DNA of 64,000 nt from Polyangia bacterium. GTDB lineage: Bacteria > Myxococcota_A > Polyangia > JAAYKL01. The DNA lies in contig JBNKCR010000045.1 of assembly GCA_050287845.1 (NCBI GenBank), positions 15,233-79,232 of the forward strand, given 5' to 3'. Shown one piece after another: positions 1 to 10,145 of the stretch (the stretch's first letter is position 1; the number at the start of each line of letters is the position of its first letter). The notes under the pieces were generated by a model. It did no database searches and was not told the origin of the DNA. It worked only from the letters and a program-made list of their open reading frames with translations. The position numbers and the translations under genes are program-made.

Positions 1-249
1 TCCGTTGATAGATGCCTCGGTATATGACATCCATACGCATCCATGTCCAAAGTCCGCCCAATCCGGGTCAGGCAGACTCCTTCCCATACAGGCATCTGCC
101 GTTGTTTCGTTTTCACATTTCTCCCGGCAAATATCTTCGTTGATATTATTCCCGTCCACGCACTTGCTCTCTTTGCATCCACTGTTCATCAGGAATACCG
201 AAAGATAAACGCAAGCCAATAATCCGATTCTGTTTTTCATCATAAGCAT
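1..249 (-). CDS. Cys-rich lipoprotein, partial (runs off the window start)
   Basis: Hand translation gives MLMMKNRIGLLACVYLSVFLMNSGCKESKCVDGNNINEDICREKCENETTADAC...GCVW, open to base 1. Signal peptide plus lipobox-like SGC. Absent from the ORF track. Start could be 243 or 240. Confidence 0.7.
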   Translation of the reverse strand, partial: MLMMKNRIGLLACVYLSVFLMNSGCKESKCVDGNNINEDICREKCENETTADACMGRSLPDPDWADFGHGCVWMSYTEASING

Positions 250-422
250 AAGTTTCACTCCGAGCCGTGATAGTGTCACGCCGTGATGGCCAACACCGGG
301 TGCAATTTAATTCCATTCACCTATTGTATCACGTCGTGATTTTCTTCGGAAAAATGTTCTTCCGCAGAGAATCTTTTTCTCTGGCTCGTTTTCACTGGCT
401 TGTCGTGCAAAGTATCCGAACG

Positions 423-1670
423 TCACCTGTTTTGGCCACAGGAGATGGTGGAGGCCAGGATTCGGCCGCCGGTGTCCGCGTTTTCGGCGTATACCAGGAT
501 GGCATCATCACCGCGGCTGGCAATACCTGCGCGTACAAAATCGCACTTGTCGGCATACACCTGAAACTCACCGCCGGCCTTTGTACCGGCGGAGTCCATT
601 CGATTGAACCCCACAAGGAAGTTGCTATTGTACGAACGCACGGCGGCGCTGAACAGGGAGCGGGTGCCGGCCACCAGCTTCGGCCCCTGGGGGCCATCCG
701 CCCGGGAGATTCGCCGGACCGGCTGAATGCGCTTACCGCTGCGGTCCAGTCTGGTAAAATAAAACTCCTCGGTACTGTCCCCATCCCGATTGTCCCGAAA
801 GAGCACGGCAAATCCCTCCCCATGGGGAATGATGTCCGTCGATGCATCAAACAGTTTCAGCGAATCGATGGACTGGGCGGTTCCCTTTCCCATCGAATCG
901 AGGGAAAGCGGGGCGCTCCGCAATGTGGCGCTGTGTCCTGTTTCATCCACCGCTGACCATACCGCGATAGCCCCATTGCCTTTGCGGGCGAGGGTCGGTC
1001 CGTATAGCGGTGCGTCGGTGTCCATCACGGCACGCCTGACAATATCGCCCTCTTTTCTGTTGACTGCCGCCAGTACAATGGACTGCGGGTCGCTGCGGGT
1101 ATCCTGCCAGCCCACCACCAGCACCTCGTTAACCATGGTCATGGAAACACTTCTGGCAAAGGGGCCAGTTTTCCCGATTTCCGTCATCCATCGCACCCGG
1201 TGCCCGCTGACATCCAGCAACGCAGTCATCACGGTGGCATTGTTTTTTCCCTGGTGACACAGCATGGCCAACGCCACCCGATTTTCGGACACCAGCACCG
1301 GACTGAGGGAAACCGCATCCAGTACCGGCTCGCTCACGTTGGCCCAATAGGTTTTGGGTGCATCCACCATTTCTCTGTGTTTCTGGAGGGAATACACCTT
1401 CGAAACCGGCATGCCATCATTGTTGACAAGCGCGTAAAACACGCCCCGGTCCGCACTCCAGAACACGGCCAGATGTTCCCCATCCAACCGCAGGATTTCC
1501 AGAGACCTCGGTTCTCCGCCCACTTTCGCCACTACATACTCATTGGCCATGCGACAACGCTGCTGTTCCCGGCGATCACAGCCGGAACCCACGACCCCCA
1601 TCAGCAGAAAAACAATAGCAATGTGAATGATACTTTCGCTGCGCATATCTGATTTCCAAAGTCCAGTCAT
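423..1670 (-). CDS. Hypothetical lipoprotein, beta-rich
   Basis: 415-aa ORF with hydrophobic N-terminus and GSGC lipobox. Alternative start at 1646. Confidence 0.75.
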   Translation of the reverse strand: MTGLWKSDMRSESIIHIAIVFLLMGVVGSGCDRREQQRCRMANEYVVAKVGGEPRSLEILRLDGEHLAVFWSADRGVFYALVNNDGMPVSKVYSLQKHREMVDAPKTYWANVSEPVLDAVSLSPVLVSENRVALAMLCHQGKNNATVMTALLDVSGHRVRWMTEIGKTGPFARSVSMTMVNEVLVVGWQDTRSDPQSIVLAAVNRKEGDIVRRAVMDTDAPLYGPTLARKGNGAIAVWSAVDETGHSATLRSAPLSLDSMGKGTAQSIDSLKLFDASTDIIPHGEGFAVLFRDNRDGDSTEEFYFTRLDRSGKRIQPVRRISRADGPQGPKLVAGTRSLFSAAVRSYNSNFLVGFNRMDSAGTKAGGEFQVYADKCDFVRAGIASRGDDAILVYAENADTGGRILASTISCGQNR

Positions 1671-1815
1671 TCCCTCAGTCGCCGCAGCACTGTAGCAGAA
1701 AAATCCGATGGAATGAAAGGAAAGAACCTTTTCCCGGCGTGATAACCGTCATCATGAAAATGAAGAATTTGTGATTGCCCGGCGGCAAAAGCGAATTGGA
1801 AGGTGGAACCGGAGT

Positions 1816-2190
1816 TTATTCCCTGTACTCGAAATTCAACGTGTACTGACCGTCCACAAATACCCCCGGCGCGTCCTCGATACGAATCCTGTCGGCCGCT
1901 TTGGATACGCATTTCATCATTTCGGGATCATTGATGTCCGATTTGGCCACCGCTGCCTCTTTGGGGCGTTTGGATTTGGGCTCAAACTTCAGTTTCAATT
2001 CCACATCGCCCTTCTGATTGCGGTTCGTCTTCAGTGCATCCTCGTAGCACTTCTGAAATTCTTCCTTCTGCGCTTCCAGAGCAGAATATATCTGGCCTTC
2101 TGTTTTGGGATTCAGACTGCCGCACCCCATTGCGCCCGCCACTATCATCAGACAACCTGTCGCCAGTATCAAATATTTCAATCCATTCAT
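1816..2190 (-). CDS. AgmX/PglI C-terminal (TonB-C-like) domain lipoprotein
   Basis: MNGLKYL...AMGC lipobox. FQKCYEDALKTNRNQKGDVELKL...MMKCV pattern typical of myxobacterial AgmX/PglI C-terminal domains. Start placed at ATG 2190 behind an AGGAGG-like RBS. Confidence 0.7.
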   Translation of the reverse strand: MNGLKYLILATGCLMIVAGAMGCGSLNPKTEGQIYSALEAQKEEFQKCYEDALKTNRNQKGDVELKLKFEPKSKRPKEAAVAKSDINDPEMMKCVSKAADRIRIEDAPGVFVDGQYTLNFEYRE

Positions 2191-2200
2191 GATGTTCCTC

Positions 2201-2761
2201 CTATTCCTTCTGCTCGAGAATATTGAATTCAACCCGGCGATTCTTTTCCTTGCCCTCGGGGCTGTCATTGGGCGCAATGGGTTTCTCCTCACCGAAACCA
2301 ACCGCTTCCATACGCGACTCTTCCACGCCGGCGTCCACCAGGAATTTCATCACGGCATCGGCCCGATCCTGCGACAGTGTCTTGTTGTACTCATCAGAGC
2401 CATCCGAATCGGTGTGGCCCTCAATGCGAATCTTTGTGATGCCCGGATTCTGTTGGAGCACCGTTGCCACGTCATTGAGAAGATCATTGGACACTTCCTG
2501 AATCTCCGCTTTGTTGTACTCAAACATCACCTTTTCTGTAATCTCTATTTTCTTTCCGACCACCTTTGCCTTCTTCGGCGGTGGTGGGGGTTTCGGCGCA
2601 TCCGGCCGGTCCGCTTCCACCTGAATTTTGTCTTTTCCTTTCAGAACATGCGTGTTGCCCACATTCATGGAAAAACTGCAACCCGCGGAAACGAGTCCCA
2701 GCAGCAGACTCAACACACCCACCCATAATGCAACGGACGATTTCATAGCAACCTCCTTCAC
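2201..2761 (-). CDS. OmpA family peptidoglycan-binding lipoprotein
   Basis: IEGHTDSDGSDEYNKTLSQDRA and NRRVEF motifs, Pro-rich linker, lipobox AGC. Confidence 0.92.
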   Translation of the reverse strand: MKEVAMKSSVALWVGVLSLLLGLVSAGCSFSMNVGNTHVLKGKDKIQVEADRPDAPKPPPPPKKAKVVGKKIEITEKVMFEYNKAEIQEVSNDLLNDVATVLQQNPGITKIRIEGHTDSDGSDEYNKTLSQDRADAVMKFLVDAGVEESRMEAVGFGEEKPIAPNDSPEGKEKNRRVEFNILEQKE

Positions 2762-2980
2762 AGACGAACCGCGAGCGGTTCGCAGGAATCATTGACTCCA
2801 GAAAAACCAGGAGTTCAAAATATACTCGTATGGGCGGAATGTACCGTCTTTCAATTCAATTTGTCAATTTCCGTATTTATTTGAAATAAATTTCAAACTA
2901 TAACCCCGCCATGTTCGATTTCTTCATTTTCCATCCTTCAGACACATCCTCCGGAGGATAAAGAGGCAGGTGGTCCGCAA

Positions 2981-3853
2981 ATGAAACTGGGTGCCCACCA
3001 ATCCATTGCCGGTGGCCTGCATATGGCGCCACAGCGTGCCCTGGCCATTGGGCTGGACTGCTTTCAGATGTTTACCAAAGCCCCCCAGAGCTGGCACGAG
3101 CCCGACCTCACAGGCGTTCAAATCGAAAAATTCAAAACCGCCTGTATCCGGGGAAATTACCTTCATGGCCATGTGGCGGTTCACGCATCATATCTGGTCA
3201 ATGTGTGTTCCGCCAATGAACTCACACGACACAGAGCCATCGATGCTCTGGTTCGCGATGCCCGCCGCTGTGATGCCCTGGAAGTGGCCTACCTGGTCTT
3301 TCATCCCGGTTCTCCCGGGAAAATGGGCGCAGATACCGGCATCTCGCTGGTGGCCACTGCCATCGCCGAAGTACTGCGACGGACACAGAAGGTTACCATT
3401 CTCATCGAAAACACCGCCGGAACCGGACAGAGCATCGGTCATACGTTTGAACAGATTGCCGACATCATTCACCGGGCGGGGAATCACCACCGGATTGGGG
3501 TCTGTTTCGATACCGCCCACGCATTGGCCGCCGGCTACTCCATCTCCACCCCGGCGGACGCGCAATCTGTCTTCGACGATTTTAACCGCGTCATCGGTAT
3601 GGCGCGGTTGCAATGGATTCACCTGAACGACTCCCGAACCGGCAGGGGTTCCCGGGTGGACCGCCACGAAACCATCGGAAAAGGAAAAATCGGCACACCG
3701 TTTTTCAAATGGCTCGTCAATGCACCGTTTGTAAAAAATATTTCCGCCACCCTGGAAACCCCCCTCGAAAAAAACTGCACCTATGAAAAAGATGTGAACG
3801 CATTGCGAAAAATGCAGTCCCGCGCCAGTGGATTCCAATCAGAGCGAAAATAA
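2981..3853 (+). CDS. nfo: Endonuclease IV (AP endonuclease)
   Basis: GAH, HASYLVN, FHPG, ENTAG, CFDTAH, HLNDS, DRHE and LETP motifs. Confidence 0.93.
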   Translation: MKLGAHQSIAGGLHMAPQRALAIGLDCFQMFTKAPQSWHEPDLTGVQIEKFKTACIRGNYLHGHVAVHASYLVNVCSANELTRHRAIDALVRDARRCDALEVAYLVFHPGSPGKMGADTGISLVATAIAEVLRRTQKVTILIENTAGTGQSIGHTFEQIADIIHRAGNHHRIGVCFDTAHALAAGYSISTPADAQSVFDDFNRVIGMARLQWIHLNDSRTGRGSRVDRHETIGKGKIGTPFFKWLVNAPFVKNISATLETPLEKNCTYEKDVNALRKMQSRASGFQSERK

Positions 3854-3911
3854 TGCAAACAGAGAGGGACTGATGTGGCGCGCGTCGCCCGGCAATTGAC
3901 AGCCACAGGAA

Positions 3912-4355
3912 TCAGAAATCGATACCGTAGGCTTTATCCCGTTCGGAGGCAATTTTTTCAATTTCTTCCCGGGTGTACAGGCGTCCCCGGTTTACCCCGG
4001 GGCAGCATTCCTGCACTTCGCCGTTCCAGGTCTCTTCGTTCAGGTTTTCCGACCAGAAAGGCCATGCCCGGCACTGATCCGGTCGAACCGCATACGCCAC
4101 ACACCGGTTATCCTTCAGAAAATTGCAATTCCCTTCAATCATGGTGAGGTGTACATTGCCATATTCATCATTGGCACAATGGTGGTTCAGAAAATCAATA
4201 TGGGTCTTCCCCAGATGGGTGCTGATTTCTTCAATGTTCCGGTGGGTCAGATACACATAGGCATAATCGCCATGGGTCGTGCAACAGTTTCCGCATCCGG
4301 TACACTCAAACCGCAATCCATTTTTATAAAATTCAATATTTTTTTCGTCGGTCAC
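3912..4355 (-). CDS. YkgJ family cysteine-cluster protein
   Basis: FECTGCGNCC, CNFL, C..YAVRPDQCRAWPFW, CPG. Confidence 0.88.
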   Translation of the reverse strand: MTDEKNIEFYKNGLRFECTGCGNCCTTHGDYAYVYLTHRNIEEISTHLGKTHIDFLNHHCANDEYGNVHLTMIEGNCNFLKDNRCVAYAVRPDQCRAWPFWSENLNEETWNGEVQECCPGVNRGRLYTREEIEKIASERDKAYGIDF

Positions 4356-4373
4356 GGCGGGCTCACAAAAAGG

Positions 4374-5648
4374 TTATTTTTTATTTTTCAACCAGGGAAT
4401 ATAAGCACGGGCCTCCGGGGCTTCCTTCGCGGCGGTGGCAAATACTCTGGCGCCCAGTTTCAGCAGGTCCTTTGTGCTCTTCACCCGTCCAATGGGCGCA
4501 TCTCCCACTTCAGAAAATCCCTGTTCATCGGGGGTCAACCGCTCCCAGTTGTGGAACAGTCGACCCCAGTGGCTCTGCAACACTTCATACACCTGGTCAT
4601 TTCCATTGTGTGGATACCAGTACAAATCATGGTAGGCCACCGATGCGAGATAGGCCCAGGGCGCCATCCAGGTTTTCAGTGACCACTCCACTGCGTTCTT
4701 CAACTTTCCCCAGTAAATCTGATGCTGCATTTTTGAAGCGAATGTCAGTTCCTCAGTGGGATCCGTGAAGTTCCATCGTTCCCTGGCCGCATCCAGGTCT
4801 CCCACGATTTCAATTTCATCCGGATTCCCCACGCCCAACCCCAGCTCATGGGCCGTGCGAATAAATTTGAGATCCATGGGATTGTATCCCATCAATCTGG
4901 CTGCCACCGCATCAATGGCCACCTGATCTGCAGACGCCAGCAACACATCCTTGACCACCGGCCGCATGCACCTTGGCCCGGGACCGTCGCCGGCAAATGT
5001 GCCATCCATCACGGCAAATACGCCGGGGTGTATCTTTTTCTGAATCATCAACAAATCCACCAGGGTTTCGTGAATCACCGGATGGGTCCAGTGCCGGTGT
5101 TCGTTCAGCAGACCGCCAAACGCGTTTTTCATGGCGCCGGTGGTGGTGGTGAACACATGATTTTTCACCGTGGGCAGATGAATAATATTTTCGCCGATGA
5201 ACCGTTTGGGAATATTGAAACCATCGGGATATACGTCGTTCAATACCAGAAATTTGTCCGCCAAATCCCCCACGGCTTCCCGCACCGGAATCCACGGTTC
5301 CCCTTCGTACAGGTGAACATTGCGCAGTCCATACTGCTCAATCACATTGAGCTGCTTGTTTTCCCGCTCGCCCAGATGCGCGTCAATCACCACGGTTCGA
5401 TTGTGACAGCCGTGAATCCGCGACGCATCGTAACCATCCTTCAACATGGCGTTGATAACCCCATCGAGCTGCCACGGCGTTGTGGACGCCGCCGGATAAA
5501 AGAAATGCCAGCTGATGTTAATCTTCAGCGCGGTATCCGCGTCTCTGGAAATCACATCCTGATACCCGGCCAGGTTCATTAACTCATGATAATCCGCCCG
5601 CACCGTTTTCGGCGTGGTTCGCAATATGGCTACTTTTGATTTTGTCAT
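4374..5648 (-). CDS. DUF362 domain-containing protein
   Basis: 424 aa. LKINISW, HLPTVKNH..TTGAMKNAFG, MDGTFAGDGPGP, DQVAIDAVAA motifs. Confidence 0.8.
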   Translation of the reverse strand: MTKSKVAILRTTPKTVRADYHELMNLAGYQDVISRDADTALKINISWHFFYPAASTTPWQLDGVINAMLKDGYDASRIHGCHNRTVVIDAHLGERENKQLNVIEQYGLRNVHLYEGEPWIPVREAVGDLADKFLVLNDVYPDGFNIPKRFIGENIIHLPTVKNHVFTTTTGAMKNAFGGLLNEHRHWTHPVIHETLVDLLMIQKKIHPGVFAVMDGTFAGDGPGPRCMRPVVKDVLLASADQVAIDAVAARLMGYNPMDLKFIRTAHELGLGVGNPDEIEIVGDLDAARERWNFTDPTEELTFASKMQHQIYWGKLKNAVEWSLKTWMAPWAYLASVAYHDLYWYPHNGNDQVYEVLQSHWGRLFHNWERLTPDEQGFSEVGDAPIGRVKSTKDLLKLGARVFATAAKEAPEARAYIPWLKNKK

Positions 5649-5774
5649 GGCTTCCTCATCGATTGCGACTGAACGCTGGTGATAATGCTTTAATGGTCGA
5701 GGAGAATACGCACCTCGCGATGAAATCGATATATCACAACTTGAAGGCGTGTAACGTAATTATTTGAAGGAGAC

Positions 5775-5936
5775 TCAATCCTTCAATTCGAGGGCAATGG
5801 GCTCATCGCCCATTTTTTCGACCACGTAATTGCAGAACGTTTTCAATTCTTCTTTGCAGCAGTTGATATCCTGTGCGTCATCTATCCGCGACAGCAACTC
5901 CGCAACAAACTCTGATATTGGCATTTCTTTTTTCAT
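5775..5936 (-). CDS. Small hypothetical protein, 53 aa
   Basis: Hand translation MKKEMPISEFVAELLSRIDDAQDINCCKEELKTFCNYVVEKMGDEPIALELKD. AAAGGGA RBS upstream, same strand as its neighbours. Confidence 0.6.
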   Translation of the reverse strand: MKKEMPISEFVAELLSRIDDAQDINCCKEELKTFCNYVVEKMGDEPIALELKD

Positions 5937-6121
5937 TTTTCATTCCCTTTCCGGGGGAACCGCATTCACGGTTTTTTTTTGACGCAAATGGCATGTTGAT
6001 TCCCCAAAACACTTTTTATCCATTCATGTGCAATTCTCCTTATGGTTAGCACTCCGGCATCAATGTGCAAACGATATGCAACGGAAATTCGCGGCAGAAA
6101 TGCAGGACAGACGATTTGGAT

Positions 6122-9100
6122 TCACTGCCGGCCCTTGGGGGATTCTCCCGGGCCATCGGTGGTGGGGGCATCGGTGGCGTCTGCCGGCAATGGAATGAGA
6201 GCCGTGCCCGTCATGTTTTTCAGCATCGCCTCCAGATTGGCCTTCTGCTGAATCTGCGCCAATTTTTCATAGGCCTCTTTTTCCCGGGACAATTCCACAT
6301 AGGTTCGCGTGTTCTTGACCGCCTTGTCAAAATTGAGCGCATTGTCATGACATAACCCCAGATAATAATAAATATCGGGATGTCGCTCCACGTAGGGCGC
6401 ATATTCCCTGGCCAGCTGGGTCAACACGGTAATGGCATCCTCGCACTCGGTGCTGTCGGTGGGGCTGGCGTTGCGAAAATGCAGATACCCTTTCAGATGC
6501 AGCATGGCCGGTCCGGCCAGACGCCACTGTTTTTCCGGCAGCAGCAGAAACTGTCCCAGGGCAAACTGGTACGCCTTTTTTTTAAGGGAATCGTGAATGG
6601 CATCCACCTGACGGTCCAGTTCGGCAATCTCCGAATCCGACATGCCGGCGGCCGGTTGCAGCGGCTCAAACACAGGGTCCTCCGCCGCGGCCCGTCCCTG
6701 CAACAGCAACAGGATTCGCGCCGCCAAATCCACGTCATCAAGGGTCCGATCGATTTTCAATGCTTTTTTCACAAACGCTCCCGCTTCAGACTTGCGTCCA
6801 TTCATCAGCAGTGACATGGCCATTCGCGCGTAGTTTTCTGCCTTGTCTGCGCCATCGCCAAGTCCGGTGATTGCCCCATGCAGCTTACCGAACTTCCAGC
6901 TGCTGGTGTAAATCGTGGCCAGATATCCCGCAAATTTCCGGAAAGAAATCAAATCCCGGGGCGCCGCGAACTCAATGTGCGCATTATCATCGGTATTGAT
7001 GGGAAGATCTGCCCACTTTTCTTTATCCGGCCCATTGGTATATGCCAACACTTCATCCCGATTGGCCAGCAGAATCCGGGCGAACACATCGGTGGCGCTG
7101 AAAATGTATGCGCGGTTCAACTCCTTCTGCACCCGCTTCTGACGCAGGATGCCGTCAATGCGTTCCAGGTTGAACGCCAGTGGCTCAAACGACCCCAGCA
7201 GCACCGTGTCGGACGACAGATCTTCCGCACTGAACAGCATCACGTGGGGATACACGCTGGCAAACGTTCGAAAAATGGTGCGGATATTTTCCGGGGACAT
7301 CTCATACAGCTGCACCCACTGGGCAAAAATGCCATCCTCCCGGAGCGCTTTTGAAGAGGACCGGAAGGCATCGGCAGTGAACATGTTGGAAACCCCGGTA
7401 ATCCACGGATTGGAAGGCTCCGAAATAATCACATCGTACCTGCCGGGGGACGCTGCCAGAAAATTGCGGCCGTCATTGGCAAACACCGACAATCGGTCAT
7501 TTATCACAAACGTATCGGGATCGCTCCAGTCAAACGCCGGGGAGTCCTGATTGCGATACACCAGATGATTCACGTCGAATTCCGGTTGGACCGGCGCCCC
7601 TTCCATCCCGCCAAACACCGAAGACGCCTCAATTACCGCGCTTTCCAGTTCCACACAATCCACATGGCGAACGGGAAATGCCAGGGCGGACCCCACAGTG
7701 ACCCCCGAACCGAATCCCACAATGGCCACATCCAGGTCTTCGGGGCCGCTGGGATGAAACAGCAGCGGATACGCCGACACCATTACCTGAGTGGGCATGT
7801 CATCGCCGTTTGACGCATCGACCTTGCCGTTGTTCTTGAGCGCGATATGCCTCCCCCACATCTCAATGGACACAGTGGTGGTGACGCCATCGAAGTAATA
7901 CTTGATGTCCGGTGCGCCCCACGACTCCTCATCGAGGGCGTCCTCCATCAGGGAAATGCGAAACACGCCGATGGTCAGCTTGGCCGGGTCCCAGCCCGGC
8001 ACTCCCAGCAGAAACATTCCGGTCAGCAGCACCGCCGGTACCGCCATCACAATCCGCTTCAGCCGGTGAACACCGGGCATCACCAGCAACAGACTCACCC
8101 CGATGGCGGCATAGATGCCCACCGAAAGAAAATACGAACTCTGCATGCCGGCGCCGTCGAACGTGCGGGAGAAAAGGGGCACAAACACAAACGCCGAAAG
8201 AAATGACCCGCAGATGGCGCCCAGGGTATTGAGGGCGTACACACTACCCACATCCTTGCCCACACTCCCCAGGGAGCTGGTCACCGCCTTGATGGTCAAC
8301 GGAAATGTGGCGCCCATGCCGAAGGTCACCGGCACCACCGGCAACGACGCCACAATGAACATAATGAACTGCACCAGTCCCACGTGTTCTTCGTAGTCGT
8401 GAATATTGGCCGTTACCATTCTGGCAAACAGATGGGGCAGGTCATCCATGTAGAAATAACTCACCATGGCCGTTCCCGCGATGGCCAGTTCCACCAGGGC
8501 CAGCACGAAAACCGGATTCTTCATCCGTCTGGACAATCTGGAAAACACGGCAGAGCCGGATGCCAGTCCCATCAGAAACGCTATGAGCACAATGGCAAAC
8601 GAATACACCGAAGCGCCGATAATCATGGCCATGGCCCGGTTCCAGACCACCTGCAGATTCATGGAGGCCAGCCCCGACAGAAAAAAGGCGAACACCACAA
8701 ACCACCTGGCCAGTCGGGAAACCGGAACCATCTCCACCGTTTTCACTCCCAACACGTCTGCCTCGTCGGCCTCGGCGTCATCCTCTTCTGTGGCTTTTTC
8801 GTCTTCAGCGGGGGAATTCAAACGATTGCGATAAATCACAATGACCATACACAGCACGATATTGATGGCCCCGGCGGTCACATTCGTCGCCCACAGTCCG
8901 ATGGTTTTGAGCAGAATGAAAGTGGCGGCAAACACACCGAGAACCGCGCCGATGGTGTTTAATGTATACAAAAGACCAATGCGCTGCCCCGCGCGCTTCA
9001 TATGGGTTGCACTCCGCATGAAATGTCTGGAGAGCAGGGGCAGCGTCGCCCCCATACAGGTAGCGGGAATAATGAGCACCAACGCCACCGCTACAAACCG

Positions 9101-9439
9101 AACCACGGAAAACAGCAGAAAATTGTTTCCCAGATGCCGGGTCATCATCGCATTCACATGGGGATAGACATAATGAATGATCAGGGGAATGATGAACGCG
9201 CATACCCCCACAACTCCCTCGGCAATGGCGTAGGCCACCACCGGCTGTCGGATGCGATCGGCGTATTTGCCAAAAAGCCATGAGCCCAGGGCCAGTCCTC
9301 CCATGAAACAGGTGAGCACCGTGGACACCGCAAGGGTTGTGGCGCCGAATACGTGTTCCAGATAGCGAATCCAGATGGTTTCAAGGGTCAGACTGGAAAA
9401 TCCAGAAAGTATGAATGCGATAAGTACGAGTGGGTGCAC
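6122..9439 (-). CDS. Fused membrane (MFS-like)/spermidine synthase-like protein with helical TPR-like C-terminus
   Basis: About 13 TM segments, then GFGSGVT, CVELE, DGRNFL and DVIISEPSNPW aminopropyltransferase motifs. Confidence 0.85.
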   Translation of the reverse strand: MHPLVLIAFILSGFSSLTLETIWIRYLEHVFGATTLAVSTVLTCFMGGLALGSWLFGKYADRIRQPVVAYAIAEGVVGVCAFIIPLIIHYVYPHVNAMMTRHLGNNFLLFSVVRFVAVALVLIIPATCMGATLPLLSRHFMRSATHMKRAGQRIGLLYTLNTIGAVLGVFAATFILLKTIGLWATNVTAGAINIVLCMVIVIYRNRLNSPAEDEKATEEDDAEADEADVLGVKTVEMVPVSRLARWFVVFAFFLSGLASMNLQVVWNRAMAMIIGASVYSFAIVLIAFLMGLASGSAVFSRLSRRMKNPVFVLALVELAIAGTAMVSYFYMDDLPHLFARMVTANIHDYEEHVGLVQFIMFIVASLPVVPVTFGMGATFPLTIKAVTSSLGSVGKDVGSVYALNTLGAICGSFLSAFVFVPLFSRTFDGAGMQSSYFLSVGIYAAIGVSLLLVMPGVHRLKRIVMAVPAVLLTGMFLLGVPGWDPAKLTIGVFRISLMEDALDEESWGAPDIKYYFDGVTTTVSIEMWGRHIALKNNGKVDASNGDDMPTQVMVSAYPLLFHPSGPEDLDVAIVGFGSGVTVGSALAFPVRHVDCVELESAVIEASSVFGGMEGAPVQPEFDVNHLVYRNQDSPAFDWSDPDTFVINDRLSVFANDGRNFLAASPGRYDVIISEPSNPWITGVSNMFTADAFRSSSKALREDGIFAQWVQLYEMSPENIRTIFRTFASVYPHVMLFSAEDLSSDTVLLGSFEPLAFNLERIDGILRQKRVQKELNRAYIFSATDVFARILLANRDEVLAYTNGPDKEKWADLPINTDDNAHIEFAAPRDLISFRKFAGYLATIYTSSWKFGKLHGAITGLGDGADKAENYARMAMSLLMNGRKSEAGAFVKKALKIDRTLDDVDLAARILLLLQGRAAAEDPVFEPLQPAAGMSDSEIAELDRQVDAIHDSLKKKAYQFALGQFLLLPEKQWRLAGPAMLHLKGYLHFRNASPTDSTECEDAITVLTQLAREYAPYVERHPDIYYYLGLCHDNALNFDKAVKNTRTYVELSREKEAYEKLAQIQQKANLEAMLKNMTGTALIPLPADATDAPTTDGPGESPKGRQ

Positions 9440-9476
9440 TGGGTGTCCTTAATGAATAATAAAGGGGGACAAGCCG

Positions 9477-10118
9477 CTACGCCGCCCCGCTGCGATCTGC
9501 CGACCATTGGCCCGGATCAACCTGCCATGTGGCGATAATCTCTTTCTGCTCCGCATTCAGCGTGCCCAGCTCCTGGGCCACATCCATCAGGGCTTCGAAG
9601 GTGGTCAATGTATCAAACGGTATCTTCGCGTCCGCAAACTGCTGAACCGCCTTCTGCAGTCCATAGGTGAAAATGGCCGCAACCCCCAGTAAATCCCCCC
9701 CCGCATCCACCACACCATTGGCGGCGTCAATGGAACTTTTACCGGTGGAAATCAAATCCTCAATCATTACCACCTTCTGCCCCGGCTTGAGGGTGCCTTC
9801 AATGCGATTTTCTTTCCCGTGTCCCTTGGCGCTTCCCCGGACATACACCATGGGCAGGTTCATCATGTCCGCCACCCAGGCCGCATGGGGAATTCCCGCT
9901 GTGGCGGTGCCGGCAATCACATCCGGTTGCCACCCATTCCGCTCCATCAGCGCCACAAACTCCGACGCCACCTTCTTTCGATCGTTCGGGCTGGAAATGA
10001 TGAGACGGTTGTCACAATAGATAGGTGATTTCCGTCCCGACGCCCAGGTGAACGGTGGGTCCAGTCGAAGCGCCACCGCGTTCAAATCAAGCAGTATTTT
10101 CGCAATTTCCTGTTTCAT
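9477..10118 (-). CDS. pyrE: Orotate phosphoribosyltransferase
   Basis: FTWASGRKSPIYCDNR, GTATAGIPHA, VMIEDLISTGKS PRPP-binding motif. Confidence 0.95.
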   Translation of the reverse strand: MKQEIAKILLDLNAVALRLDPPFTWASGRKSPIYCDNRLIISSPNDRKKVASEFVALMERNGWQPDVIAGTATAGIPHAAWVADMMNLPMVYVRGSAKGHGKENRIEGTLKPGQKVVMIEDLISTGKSSIDAANGVVDAGGDLLGVAAIFTYGLQKAVQQFADAKIPFDTLTTFEALMDVAQELGTLNAEQKEIIATWQVDPGQWSADRSGAA

Positions 10119-10145
10119 CTTATCTCCATTTTCATCTTGCAGTTG

